Below, in pieces: positions 37,081 through 48,864 of a stretch of DNA of 64,000 bases. The DNA comes from Vicugna vicugna (Eukaryota): the NCBI GenBank assembly GCA_013265495.1, contig MU057887.1:2079576-2143575 (forward strand), given 5' to 3'. Below the pieces are notes generated by a model. It saw only the letters and a list, made by a program, of their open reading frames with translations. It made no database searches and was not told where the DNA came from. Made by a program: the position numbers and the translations under genes. How positions within the stretch are numbered: the first letter of the stretch is position 1; each line of letters opens with the position of its first letter.

Positions 37081-38440
37081 ACAGACCACAACAACAACGA
37101 AGCAAAGCAAGCCCAACAATTTCTGGAAATTAGGTGCATCTGACTGGCACGTGTGAAGCCAGCAGAGCCCGGGCCGGGGAGCGACGTGGCCCCTGCCCTG
37201 CCCTCTGCCTGGGGCTCCTCGGACCACTCAGACCCCCGGTGACGCGGTGCTGCGGTGCGGCCGCCCGCTGCTCCTGCTCGTGCAGGCACCTCGCCCGCGC
37301 GGTGCGCGTCCTTTCCTGTAACTACTGCAGCGATAGAAGCTGCTGTTATCCTGGTACCTGCCCTCCAAGGTAAGGGGCCTCCCGCGGTCACGGGGAGGGG
37401 AGCTCCAAGGTCACACAGCGCGGAGGGCCCTGCAGGACCAGGGCCAGCGCCGCCCGGCTCCGGCTCCGGCTCCGAAGCGCCGTGCTTCCTCCCAGTGTCA
37501 CCAGATGCTGACTTGTTATTAATTTGCTAATTAAGCCCTGCCATTCGGTGGGTTTTCACGTCGCATCAGCCTGCTAAACGGCAGAACCCAAACGGTTCAA
37601 GCCATCTGCTCCTCAAATCTGTCGTGTCCGCTTCCCTTCTTCTCTGCATCCGTTGCAGGGTGGGAGCAGGGGGAGAACTCGGCCAGCAGCCCTCCCCTCG
37701 CAGACCCTCTCGGGGCCCCGACCTCACCCTCCGGGCCAGACCTGGTTGGTTGTAGGGACAGAAATTGGCTGTACGCTCAGGAGGGGACGGATGGGGTGGT
37801 TGACGGATTCACCTCCAAGGTCAAGGGGCAGCTCCTGGGGCCGAGGGCTCAGCCCTCCCCGAGGGCCCCTCCCCTTTGTAGTCTTCTTGGGTCAGCGTGC
37901 CCCGCCCTCCTACACTGACGTCCTCTTGGAGGCTGGAGGCCAGGACCGTGAGCACAGGTCCTGGGTCCAGCCTCTAGAGCAGGTGCACAGGCACGTGGGA
38001 ACTTGCCCTGTGAGCCCGCTTGCCCTGGGTCACTGCGGCCCCTGCTCGGCCGGGGCCTCCAGCCTCCCCTGACCCCGCTGGTCCCTCGGCCGTCTCGCTG
38101 CAGCTCATCTAGGGGTGGGGGCCACATCAGCTCCAGGCCACTGCTGCACATCTCTTGTTCTCTTGAAGAGTTCCTTTCTGTATGCTGGTCCAAAAGGAGA
38201 CCGGGATCCCTCGGTGTCGGGGGGCAGCACACCCACCCACCGGCAGCTCCTTCCCCCTAGGGGGCCTCTGAACCCTGGGGCACCCTGACATGTGCCTTCC
38301 ATCCTGGTGCCCTGGGGGGCGTTCCTGAACACGGCTAATCTCAAACTCCGAGGCTGTTCCAGCATCTCCCCCCAAGGCACCTCCCAGTCTTCACGCTCAA
38401 AGTCGGGGGCTGTCTGAATCTAATCCCTGCTCAGGAGAGT

Positions 38441-38565
38441 CATTTGTTTTCAACTGGGGGGTAATATTTAGCAATGTCTGATGGCCACAACTGGGAAAGG
38501 TGCTCCTGGCATCAGTGGGAAGAGACCAGGGACCTGGCCAGCATCCCACAGGGCCCAGGACGTGG
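38441..38565 (+). mobile_element. MER20 (hAT-Charlie) fragment
   Basis: ttttcaactggggg...gcaatgtctg...cacaactggg...gtgctcctggcatcagtgggaagagaccaggga. Confidence 0.8.
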
Positions 38566-39204
38566 CACTGAGATGGAGGTCAGGTCTCCCTGGTCCCCCA
38601 CAGCGCCGGCCAGTGGGTCCTGGGAGAGGTGAGCCCTTATGTGGGTTTTTGTGCATTTCTACTTTTTATCCCTATGAAAATACACAGTATTTTAAAACCT
38701 TAGGGGCAGCCGCAGACACTGTTTGCTTGTGGTCCCGGGACCCAAGTGCACTGAGTTCCGACGCTGGAGCCCACACCGTGGCGGGCAGAGCCAGGGAACA
38801 GAGCTGCTCTCCCAACCCCCAAGTCAGGTGGCCCGGGCAGTAGGTGGCAGGTGGGCTCCCAGTCTCCCCCGCCACACCCGCTGGAGGACTCGGGCTCAGG
38901 CAGACCCCGTGTAGTGGCCTGGAGGAGGCCAGCTTGCCCTGCCAGACGCTGCCCTGGGGGCTCATGGGAAAGAGTGGCCACAAGGGTCTGAGCCCCTGGG
39001 CGTGACCACATTCCCGGTGCCCACAAGACCAGAGACCCGCAGGGGATGCTTGGGTGACCCACGTGTCCACACTGGGCGCTGCCCCTCACCCCTGGAGAAG
39101 AGCGTGTTACGTGGAGGTGCTTCCCCCCTAAATGTTCACGTGAGTAATTCCTCGGGCCCTTGAAGGCCAAGCTCCTCTGTGCTGGAAATCTACCAGGCCT
39201 GCCA

Positions 39205-39700
39205 GGGACGTTGGTGTCGCGGTTGGTAGAAGACAGGCAGGCGGCCCCCTTCCCTCCTCTCCCACGAGGCTAATTTCTATTGGTCCCTCTCGGCTTTGCT
39301 GCCCACCCTGTTCCCATGGTTACTTAGTGATTGGCTGATGTATGTCCCTCTACAACACTCCAATCTCACACCGGGGGCAGCCTCAGGCAGAGAAGCCTCA
39401 AGCCCCCTCCCCTTAACAAGGTCTGTTTTAACTTCCTGCTGCTGCTGCGCCTCCTGCATGTGGCACCCGAAGCCAGGAGGGTCATTTGCCTTCGAGGCCA
39501 AGACTGCCACCCCGCCCCACGCGCTGGTCCTCTTCCGCCTTCTCCCTCCGGAGCGGGGCCTTCCCTGGCCATTCCGGGCAGAGTGGCAGGGACACCCGGC
39601 CACCTCCGCCTCTGCCCTCTGGGCGCCCATGACCAGGCCCGGCCTCTCCCGTCAGACAGAGCAGCCGCGGTTCCCTCCGTAGTACAAGTGATCCACCACC
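39205..39700 (+). mobile_element. Probable old ERVL LTR (LTR33-like)
   Basis: Two ATTGG boxes, cttcctgctgctgc...cctgcatgtggc, gaggccaagactgcc and gtgatccaccacca. Confidence 0.5.
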
Positions 39701-39924
39701 AGGCGCACGGTGAGGCCCTGCAGGGCACCGGGTCCCCACCTGGCACGGAGACTCGTAGACACAGAGACACGGGCCCCCGCCTCCTGGAGGTCACGGTCTC
39801 GAAGGGAAGCTGGACACGATGGCGGCTCGTGGCTCCCAGGTCAGGAAGCGTGGATCGTCCCCGTGCCCAGCTCCCACAGGCCCCACTTGTCTTTCAAGTC
39901 GCAAGGCAATCGTTAGCCCGTTAG

Positions 39925-40555
39925 TCACTGAAATCTGGGTCTGGAAGAGACAGCGCACCCCCACGGGCACAGCAGCGTGACTCACAACAGCTGAGACATG
40001 GAAGCAACCCAAGTGCCACAGGCTGATGCATGGAAAAGTGATGAGGTCAGTGCCTGCAAAGGAGCGTTACTCAGCTGTAAGATGAGGGAGATCCTGCCGC
40101 CCGCGACCACAGATGTGAACCTGGAGGACGTGATGCCGAGTGAAATGGGACACGTTCTGCAGGGTCTCACTTATACGTGGAACCCAACGTAGTCACAGTC
40201 ACGGAGGCAGAGAGCGGCACAGCGGCGGCCGGCGGGGAGAGCAACGGGGCGAGCCAAGGCCAGTTGTGCCTGCCGAGTGAACCCCGGGGGTCCGGGGCCT
40301 GCTGCAGAGCACGAGCCTGTGGTTAGTAGCGCCGCTTTGTTACCTTAAAATGCCAAGAATGTAGGTCTATGTTCAGTGTCCTTATCACGCGTAATAAGTA
40401 AATCGGCGGGAGGGAAGTTCGCGGGGTGACGACCGTGTTTCTGGCGTGATGGTGGTGACGGCTACACGGTGACGCTCATCTCCTGACTCCACCGCTTGCA
40501 GAGACGAAATGCGTGTTGCTTTGTATGCCAGTCACACCTCAGCACAGGGTTTCAA
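39925..40555 (+). mobile_element. L1MA/MB ORF2 end and 3' UTR, strongly GC-shifted
   Basis: acatggaagcaacccaagtgcc, gaacctggaggacgtgatgccgagtgaaat and tctcacttatacgtggaac. Confidence 0.85.
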
Positions 40556-42176
40556 GCAGTCAGTTGATTTCTGACCCAGAAGGAACTACGGTTTGCCAAG
40601 CTTTGTCAGGATGGACGTGCAGCGGAGGAAGGAACTGGCCCAGCCTGGGGTCCCCGCGGGGACTTCCCGGAGGCACGAGGCCCAGCCTCGGAGGGTCTTG
40701 GAGGACGAAGTTGGTTCAGCCTCTGCTTCCATTTCTGTTTGACCTGCCAGGACCCTTCCCTAATTTCATCAGGGCTTCAGTGTTGAGGACCGGCTGGCGG
40801 GATGGGAACTAGACACTCCGTTTTCACGATGGTTTCTCCGAGAATCAGCCCCTCCCCCGAGAAGCCACCCCACATTCTGGCCGGGGTGAAGCCCCTCGCC
40901 CGGTGCCTCTGCAACCCCGTATTTCCTTTCCTTAAACGTTTCCCTTTTCAGGTCTGAGCTGCAACAGGGGTGGCAGCCAGGCGTGGGGCACAGGTCTCTT
41001 CGCCTCCCGGGCCCTCACACTTACCGTCCAGGTGGATGGACACTCAGGATTTCCCGTCCCTGTTTAACTGAGTCCATGCTTTTAACATCTTGAATTCTGT
41101 CAATTGTAAGTCATTAAATTTTTTCCAGCAGAGCCTGCATTCTGAAGAGTGTCCTCTTTCCCCAAATTGAAACTGGATGTAGTGCATTTTTGTGTTGTTA
41201 ATGTTAACAGGAAATTGTTTCCGAAAATGACAGTGCAGACAAGGAAACGTCTGCTCAACGGGAACGATGGCGTGAAGGCCAGCGTGATCGGGGGGCACGG
41301 GGCTCGGATGCTGGACCGCCAGCCGCCCCGCTGGCCCCTGCACCTCCCCTGCCTCTCCCAGGCGCCTGCCTCTGCGCGTCCCTCTCACGCCAAGGGGACT
41401 CTTCCTCCAGGTCGGCCTGAGCCTGGGCATTTCGCTCCGCCCTCTCTCCCTGGTGAGCCCCCTCCCCACAGCCTCAGCCACCTTGTGTTCTCCAAGAGGA
41501 TCCCCAGTCGTGTCCTTTCCCCAAACTTCCTGCTCGGGGGACTCCGCAGCAGCACGTCGCCCTGGCTGCCTCCCTGCCTCCCTGCCTCCCTGCCTGCCAC
41601 GCTCCGATTTAAATTAATGGGATTATCCTTCAAGACACTGCCAAGGGCGGGGCATTTGGGAACCATCATCAATGCCCATATTAATTCATGAACAACACCC
41701 AGAAGGTCCTTATTTTCGCAGTCTCCCCACCTCACTATTGCCCCTGCTTAAATTGCGGGCCTCCTGGTCTCTAACCAGAGCCATGCCGTGTCCTCAACAC
41801 CCTCCCTCCTCCTCACCGTGCTCGCACTGGGCTGAGCTCACTGCACCTGGGCAAGCATCCCCAGGCCTTCCGTGCAGCACGCGGGGGAGGTCTCAGCTCC
41901 TTCCATGGGGCTCCTGGCCCCCCAGGACCCTGGCTGCCGATGTCCGGCCTTACCCGTCACTCTCCCGGAAATGCTCCGTGTCCTGATGGGGCCAGGCACT
42001 GTCCTCCCTCCTCTCCCAGGCTCCTACCAAAACCCACAACCAACAGAACTGCACCTTCCCATTAACCCTTGTGTCTGTCACAGGGGAGAACAAGCCCGAC
42101 CCCACGCTGGACCTGCCCCTTTGGCTCTGCCCTGGGCTCTGGGTCCCGGGCCCAGTCAGGCTGGTTCTGCTCCTCC

Positions 42177-42590
42177 TGTGAGAGAATGCCCCCTGGAGCC
42201 TGAGACCCACGGGAGGGCCGGTTCCCAGGGCTCTGACCTTTAAGGGTGTAGCGCTTTCCATTCATATAAAAAGCAAAAGGTGCAGGACAGGGAATAACAT
42301 TCGTCTTGTTGGAGGTTTACAGGGACATCCTGACCTGACCCACGTGGACGGCTGCAAGAACAAAGGATTCCGACACCAAGATGTCTGCAACAGCCAGCCA
42401 CACTCCTCCCCTTTCTAGTATAAAAGGAGCCTGAATTCTGACTTGGGGAAGATGGATCTCCAGAGCACTTAGCCCCCATCTTCTCGGTCTGCTGACTTTC
42501 TGAATAAAGTCCTTATTCCTGCCCAACACCTCAGCTCCCGATTTGCGGGCCTGTCGTGCGGTGAGCAGAGCGAGTCTGGTCTGGGCAACG
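42177..42590 (+). mobile_element. Well-preserved ERV solo LTR (cetartiodactyl-type)
   Basis: TG start, TATAAAA at 42419-42425, AATAAA at 42503-42508 and a U5-like end ggcctgtcgtgcggtgagcagagcgag. Confidence 0.85.
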
Positions 42591-43188
42591 TGTCCTCAGA
42601 AGCCCCCGCCGTCGGCTCCCTTCTTGGGATGCTCTCCGTGTCTTTGTCCAGGACGTCCCATCCTCCTCCAGCAAAACCCACATCCACTTGCTCCACTGGG
42701 TGAGCAGTTGAGAGGCTGGAGAATCTGGGTCCTAAACAGACAATTTAAGATGTGATTTCGTCGGTGGAGGGGTTTCTGGGTGCATGCTCTGGAGCCCCAG
42801 CCATTCTTGTGGGGCTTTGTGGCCACAGCCTTTGGCACACCCCCTCCTCCGACCCTCTCCCTTAACCCTATACTTCTGTTTATAAAACTTGTGACTGCAT
42901 CTCAGCATTTGGAATTTAAAAAAAAAAAAAAACCTGGGAATAAAGCAGATATTTTATAACCCGGACAAGTTAAGGGTGTTTCTCTTTGTCAATAAAGCAT
43001 TTATACATTGAAAAAAAGTCCTGCATGGAGACACTTGATCATGTAATTCAATACAAAGCCCTAGGAGGGAAACGCAGAATTTGTTTGCTTAAGGAAGCTC
43101 TCATTACCAAGTTCTAAAAAGCCATAGAATTTATCATTGAGAAACAGAGATTTAAGACTAGGTAAGCAACCCTAGCCAGGAGAAAAGG

Positions 43189-43214
43189 CACACACACACA
43201 CACACACACACACA
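43189..43214. repeat. (CA)n microsatellite
   Basis: Direct reading. Confidence 0.95.
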
Positions 43215-43339
43215 TATTTTCTCTTTACCAATGAACTATATTTAGAATCTAACTGAATATGTTCCACAAGTTGTAGGAGAAACGGCTATTCGCCAATTTC
43301 CTGTTTTTTCTCACTCAAGTAGCTTTGGTGTTGGGGGAG

Positions 43340-43660
43340 TCAGTGTGTCAGCTGGAGCAACTGTACCTCCTGCTTCCCGTTCAAGCTGGGGGATCTTGTG
43401 ATACATCTGGTCAACGAGAGGTAAACAGCTGTCATGGGGAGCTCCAGGAAATCTCTTAGCCCCATCACTTTTCTCTTTCGTTCCTTTTGGAGTACAGGTG
43501 TGATGGCTGGAGCAGCAGTCGCCACCTTGGCATCCCTGCAACCCTGAACCAGTGCCAGCCACCACCCGTCTGTGAGCATCTCTTTAGGTGAGAAAAATAA
43601 GCCCCTTTTGGTTCAGTCATTGCTTTCTGCTGTCCTTGTTGTTACTCAGAGCTGGACAAA
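43340..43660 (+). mobile_element. Old MaLR LTR, MLT1I/J-like
   Basis: gtgtgatggctggagcagcagtcgccaccttg and tgagaaaaataagcccc. Confidence 0.7.
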
Positions 43661-43674
43661 AACACCTCACCAAT

Positions 43675-44037
43675 TGTCTTCCGTCAGAAAAAAACACCAC
43701 AGACTGGGGTGGGGGAAGCTTGATCAAGAGACGTCTGTTTCTAACAGTGCAGGAGCAAGACGCCAGCAGATGCGTTTCCTGGTGAGAAGTCTCTTTGTGG
43801 GTGCGCATGGCCACCTTATCTGGTGTCCTCACATGGGGACGGTGGTGGGGAGAGAGCTCTCTGATATCTCTTCCTCTTCTCTTCGGGCACTAACCCTATT
43901 ATGGGGGCCCCACCCTCATGACCTCGTCTGACCCTAACCACCCGCAAAGGCCCCACCTCCTAACACCATCACACTGGAGGTTAGGGCTTCAGCACATGAG
44001 TTTGGCGGGGGGGGTATCCAAACATTTGGTCCGTGAC
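43675..44037 (-). mobile_element. MLT1A-type solo LTR
   Basis: gggccccaccctcatgacctcgtctgaccctaaccacccgcaaaggccccacctcctaacaccatcacactggagg. Confidence 0.9.
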
Positions 44038-46479
44038 TCTGTGCCCAAGGGGGCACCCCTCTGGTTTTGGCTGAGATGCTGACTGAGCTCTGTCCATGGT
44101 CAGATACACTCGGACAGAGCTCTGTGCTAAGTGCTGTTGAAGAAGTGAAAATACACTCAAATAGTATTTCAAGTTCTGCAGTAAGAAAAGAAATGCTTAC
44201 TTTTAGTGCTCTCTTTCTCCTCTTGCTCCGGTCCCCCAAACCCCAGCACGGTTGCAAAGTGGTCACTTTGGGAAACAGGAGTAACAGGAGTTGCTCTACC
44301 TCAGAAGGTTGCTAACAAACCCGGGCGATATTTGAAAAGACAGCAGCGTTCCTAGAACAGTAGCCACTGCACCTTGCAGGAGAGGCTTTGTCTAGAAAGG
44401 TGACGGTGATGTGCCTGCAGCAGACAGTCCGGAGGGGTGGGCGAGGCAGGTTTCCCTGGGACCCTTAGCTTGGGAGGAAGGTCTGAATCGGGGAGGGGGG
44501 AGTGGAGGCAGGGAGGGCTACCTGCTCGGGCCCCCCAGAGGGCGCTCACGGGGCGGGCGGCCACTTCTGAGCATCGCCCTCCCCACTCTGCTGATGCCGG
44601 CGTCCACCCGATGGCTGGAAAGATTCTGGAGACCGTGGCTCTTCTTCCGTCCAGCTGGGAGCACCCTCCTCGGGACCACGTGTGGCCGGGCTGCTCGGAG
44701 CCCTTAGGTGGCTCCCGTGAACGCAGGCCACCAGTGCCTCCTTCCTCGGCTTCTAACAGGAGGTGAGGAGCCCGTGTTTGGTATCTCTGCACACCTTGCC
44801 CAGGACGCTAACATCTGTCGTAAGGGAGAGCAGACTTCAGCGAAGACCCCTTCCTGTTTGGAAATCAAGCAAAAATAGCGAACTGTCTGAAAAGGAATTG
44901 CGTCTCCCCGGCTGCACGTCCTGCTGGCGGGAGCCTCTGCGGGAAGGGTGAGCGCTGCGCGTCAGGGCGTCGGCAGGGCGGCGTTCCCTCCCGAGGCTCC
45001 GGGGGCGTCTGCTCCTCGCCTCCTGCACGTGCGCAGGTTGAGTCAGAACATTTCAGGGGCAGGGGGACCACAGCCAGCCGGTTCAGCCGACACCCAGCCA
45101 CCACCATTCAGGTTGAAAGAGGCCCTCTTCTCCCCAGATCAGCGCGTGAGTGGGGCTCAGGCCCGGAGAGGGGAAGCCTGGGAACAGCTTCCCTCGCAGG
45201 TGATGCTGCTACGAACCAGACAAACCGCGCTTTCAAGAAATAAGACCATCTCGTCAGGAGCCAGGACTTGGGGGCTGGCCTGGCTTTCTGCACACATCGC
45301 TGTCGCTCTCACTTGGGAGGGGACCAGTGGACAGCGTGCTGGAGCCTTCTGCCCGCTGTCATCACACAGCAGCATCTCACCAGGCAGCTGCAGGCGTGCC
45401 TTCCCCACTCAGGAGGCCAGCGGAGCCTCCCGGGAGGGAAGAAGCCGTCTGTCTGTCAAGCCCGCCTCTTCTTGGCTGCGACCTCCGGTGCGCCTCCAAA
45501 CTCCAGTTCTCCCCCCTGTGCAGGAAACAGGATGGGCTGGCTGACCCGCGCTGTCACCAGCTGTGATTTTCTGGTTCCCTGTCTGATGCTCTCCTGGGCG
45601 CCAGGACCAGGGGTAGAGATCTGGGGGATGGGAGGTGCGGCCGTCCGTGCCCGCGGTGGGGGGGGCGTGCCCTCCGGAGTAGGGACGCCAGGGGCAGGCA
45701 TGACTGGGCGTGTGTCCCGTGGACGGTGAAGGTCGTTTCTCTAGCAGGGCCACTCAGGTGATGGGTTGCGCCAGGCTGGGTGAGAGATATCAGTCTTTAT
45801 CAAAGAGAGTGCACACCAGCCAATTACGGCCAGAAATGGCCTGGAGGTAAAAGCTATTACTGAAGTTCCCTCCCCAGCAGAGCGTGGCCGGGCGGGACCT
45901 TGGGAAGGGGCGCGGTGAGGCAGAGAAACACTTGTGGGGCGGCCTCGGGTGCGGGTGGATCACAGCCTCGTGCTGTCTGCCTGTCTTCAGTCATTCATGG
46001 CTGGACCACGCTGGCTTCACGGTCAAGCCCCCACCAGTGGGCATCTGAGCCCTGTGGCCCTGTGGGGCCTGTTCCTCCAGTTTTGTTCACTGATATGTCC
46101 CAGATCCAGAAACTTCTGTGGCACAGGGTAGTCACATGGCAGTCACTGTGGAAGGGAGAGAGGGAGCGAGGGAGGGAGGGCCGGCTTGGCGGTGGGGTCT
46201 GAGTGGAACTCTTCCCCGGTCACTTCTGGCCCCACTGGTCAGCCCCCTCCCTCTGGGCCGGGCTGTCCCCTCTGTTGCCACATCCCCACCCCCATCAGTA
46301 GCACCATCCTCACTCCACGCCTGGTCCTTGGATGAGTCAGAAAGTATCCCCGTGTCATTTGCTGAGCGTGGCGCCCCACGGGCTCCCCCGCAGCGGCCGG
46401 CAGCCCCGGAGCAGCTCCGCCTCCTCCCCGAGACTGTGGGCGCCCTGCCCTCGCAGCACGAGGACACGGCTCCTCGGGT

Positions 46480-47250
46480 ACCACTTCCCCCTCCCGCCCC
46501 GCTGCATCATTACATTAGCATATAAACTCGCCGTGGTCTCTCCTGTATTAAAACAATCTTTCATTGTCCCTTTCTCCCCAGTTCCCACCTTTGTCCCCCT
46601 TTCCTTTACAGCGAAGCTTGGCGAAAAATCTGTCTCCATTCACCACACATGCAGGTGCCCCATCCTGTTCACTCCGCCCCCGCCTGATTAAATCCAGCTT
46701 TTGGGGGAAGCACTCGCCTAATGACCACCCATGACTGTCAGGTCACTAAGGCCAGCGGCCATGCTGCACACTCATCACGTGAGGTCTGCTAGCGGTGCCT
46801 GGCGCCTTTGGTGCCTCCTTCTCCTTGAAACACTTTCTGGCTGTGGCTCCCTGGGCTCCTGGCTGGCTGGCTTCTGTTCACCTCTGCCGCTGGTGCGCCC
46901 CCTCCCCCAGCCTCCCGGGCTTCACATCTGGACCCCTCTCTTCTCCATGCGGGCCCACTTCCTAGGGGTCCTGTGGCTTCAGAACCACCTACACAGTAGG
47001 GACTCTAGACGGCCCTGAGGTTCCCAGACAGGTCTGCCTGACGGCCCCACTGACGTTGCCACCTCATTGTCTGAAGGCAGGTCAGCCTTAACCCTGCACG
47101 GGCCACTCAGCTTCTCCCTGTCTGCTCCTCCGGGAGCTGTGCCCATGCAGTCTCCTCCCCTCTCCCATTGCTCAGGCCCCAGCCTAGACCCATCACCTCC
47201 ACTCCTCCTTGTCGTGTCTGCACTGGTGATGACCCAGGGCCCAGGGATCT
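46480..47250 (+). mobile_element. L2 ORF2-region fragments
   Basis: ttagcatataaac...tctcctgtattaaaa and cctccttctccttgaaacactttc. Confidence 0.6.
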
Positions 47251-48632
47251 GGCGCCAGCTTCCGTGGACTGCACACGTGGTGCCCAGAAGACACCAGCAT
47301 CACGAGCTAGACACGCAGGGACAGGAGAACAGGAAGCTTCGAGACTTGCTGTCATTTCACGTGTTGGCGGGTCTCAAACTTGTGAGCCCCTCCCCACCAT
47401 GAGCAGGTAAGAGTTCTGCCTGCCTTACCTGCCCAAAGGAAATGACCCAAACTCCCACTCCATCTCCTGTAGCTCCCTGCGGCCCCCAGAGAGAGCTTGG
47501 GCAGTGGGGGACCCTACAGGTTACCGGCCCCTCCCCAAAGTCCACCTGGTGCCCAACCTCGCTCAACAAGGGGGACGGTCCTTGCAACATTCCATTGGCC
47601 AGCCTTGGACCTGGCCCCATCTTGCTGTTCCCAGCCCTACCCTACACCTGTCACAGGATTGCTCGTTCTGTTCCCCACCAAGACACAGGTGGGAGACATG
47701 GAGGCAGGTGCACTGGAGGGCTGGAGCGCCGCCTGGCCGCATACATAGTTTAACGGTGTCTTTCTTCCACCTTCCAAACAGAACAGAGGCTAATTAAATA
47801 CCAGTGGTGTTGTGAACGCTCTGAGGCTCATTCTGATTTTAAGGATTTTTCAGGTCTTTTTAGACCTCTCTGAGTGGCACTAAAATGAGTAAGTTGCGAA
47901 GAGAGCACCGTTCTGTGGGTTTCTGCACAAGCCAAAGACTCCTTGTTAGTGAGCTTTTAAATAGCTTGCTCAGAGCTGCCAGCAGCTGCCTGTCTGGGAC
48001 GGGCGACCTCGGGAAGAATCAGAGGCCCCTGACGCCGCAGACTTCTGAAGAGACGAGGGCAGGGGCAGGCGAGACGGACACCGGTTCCATCACATGTGTT
48101 CACGGACATCCAGGAGGGTGTGGGCTTGCAAGCGACAAGGACAGGAAAAAAGGCCATAAGTAAGCCTCTTCTATGGCGGAAGGCTTGATAGATCAGGCTG
48201 TAACACAGATGGAAGATGGCTTGGCCCCCACTAATGCAAACATATGGACTTGCTCATTGCCAGCCCGCATTTCCGGGAGAATATTTAATAGTTTAGAGGA
48301 AACATATTGCTTTAATATGACTTGCCTCTGGAAAACCGTTCTGTGGAGACACAGAGTGCTAATCTCTCTCTGTAGTTCCCATCTCACCACTGATGTGGCC
48401 TGGAGGAAGGATGTCTCCCAGGTGAGCTGTGGGGGCATCACTCAGAAGACGAACGTCACGCAGATCTCCTACTGCGGGCCTCACACTTGTCCGACTCAGC
48501 GTGCTTCTTGATGGTGGCAGGATGGGGACCAGCATCGCCAGGGGGCTGAGACCAGGGGAGTGGGGCTCAGTGCTGAGGCCACACTATCCTGGCCCTGGGA
48601 AAGGGGGTCCGGTGGGACTTGCCCCTGGTTGA

Positions 48633-48760
48633 GCAGTGGTTTTCAAATTGTGATATGCAGAACCCCTCAGCGCCCCCTGGAGGCGGGGTGGAGGTGAGGT
48701 GGGAAGATGGCGGACGGGGGTCTCAGATGCACCATCCTCTTAAGATGTTAGACCAGAGAT
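48633..48760. mobile_element. Possible hAT-Charlie MITE remnant
   Basis: cagtggttttcaaa terminal-repeat-like start. Confidence 0.4.
48668..48684 (-). promoter_or_regulatory. Candidate CTCF site
   Basis: Minus strand GCCTCCAGGGGGCGCTG versus consensus GCCACCAGGGGGCGCT. Confidence 0.5.
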
Positions 48761-48864
48761 GCTCTCTGTCTGGTTCACTGTTGTCTTCCCAACACACACC
48801 ATGAAGTCTTCCACCCGGCAGTGGCTATGTTCAAGAAAAATGGTCTTACCATTTAAATGTCCTG

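Noticed and set aside
36300..37500. CpG-island gene promoter
   Set aside because: CpG-rich but interleaved with SINE, L1 and MIR remnants and with no identifiable first exon; regional GC bias explains it.
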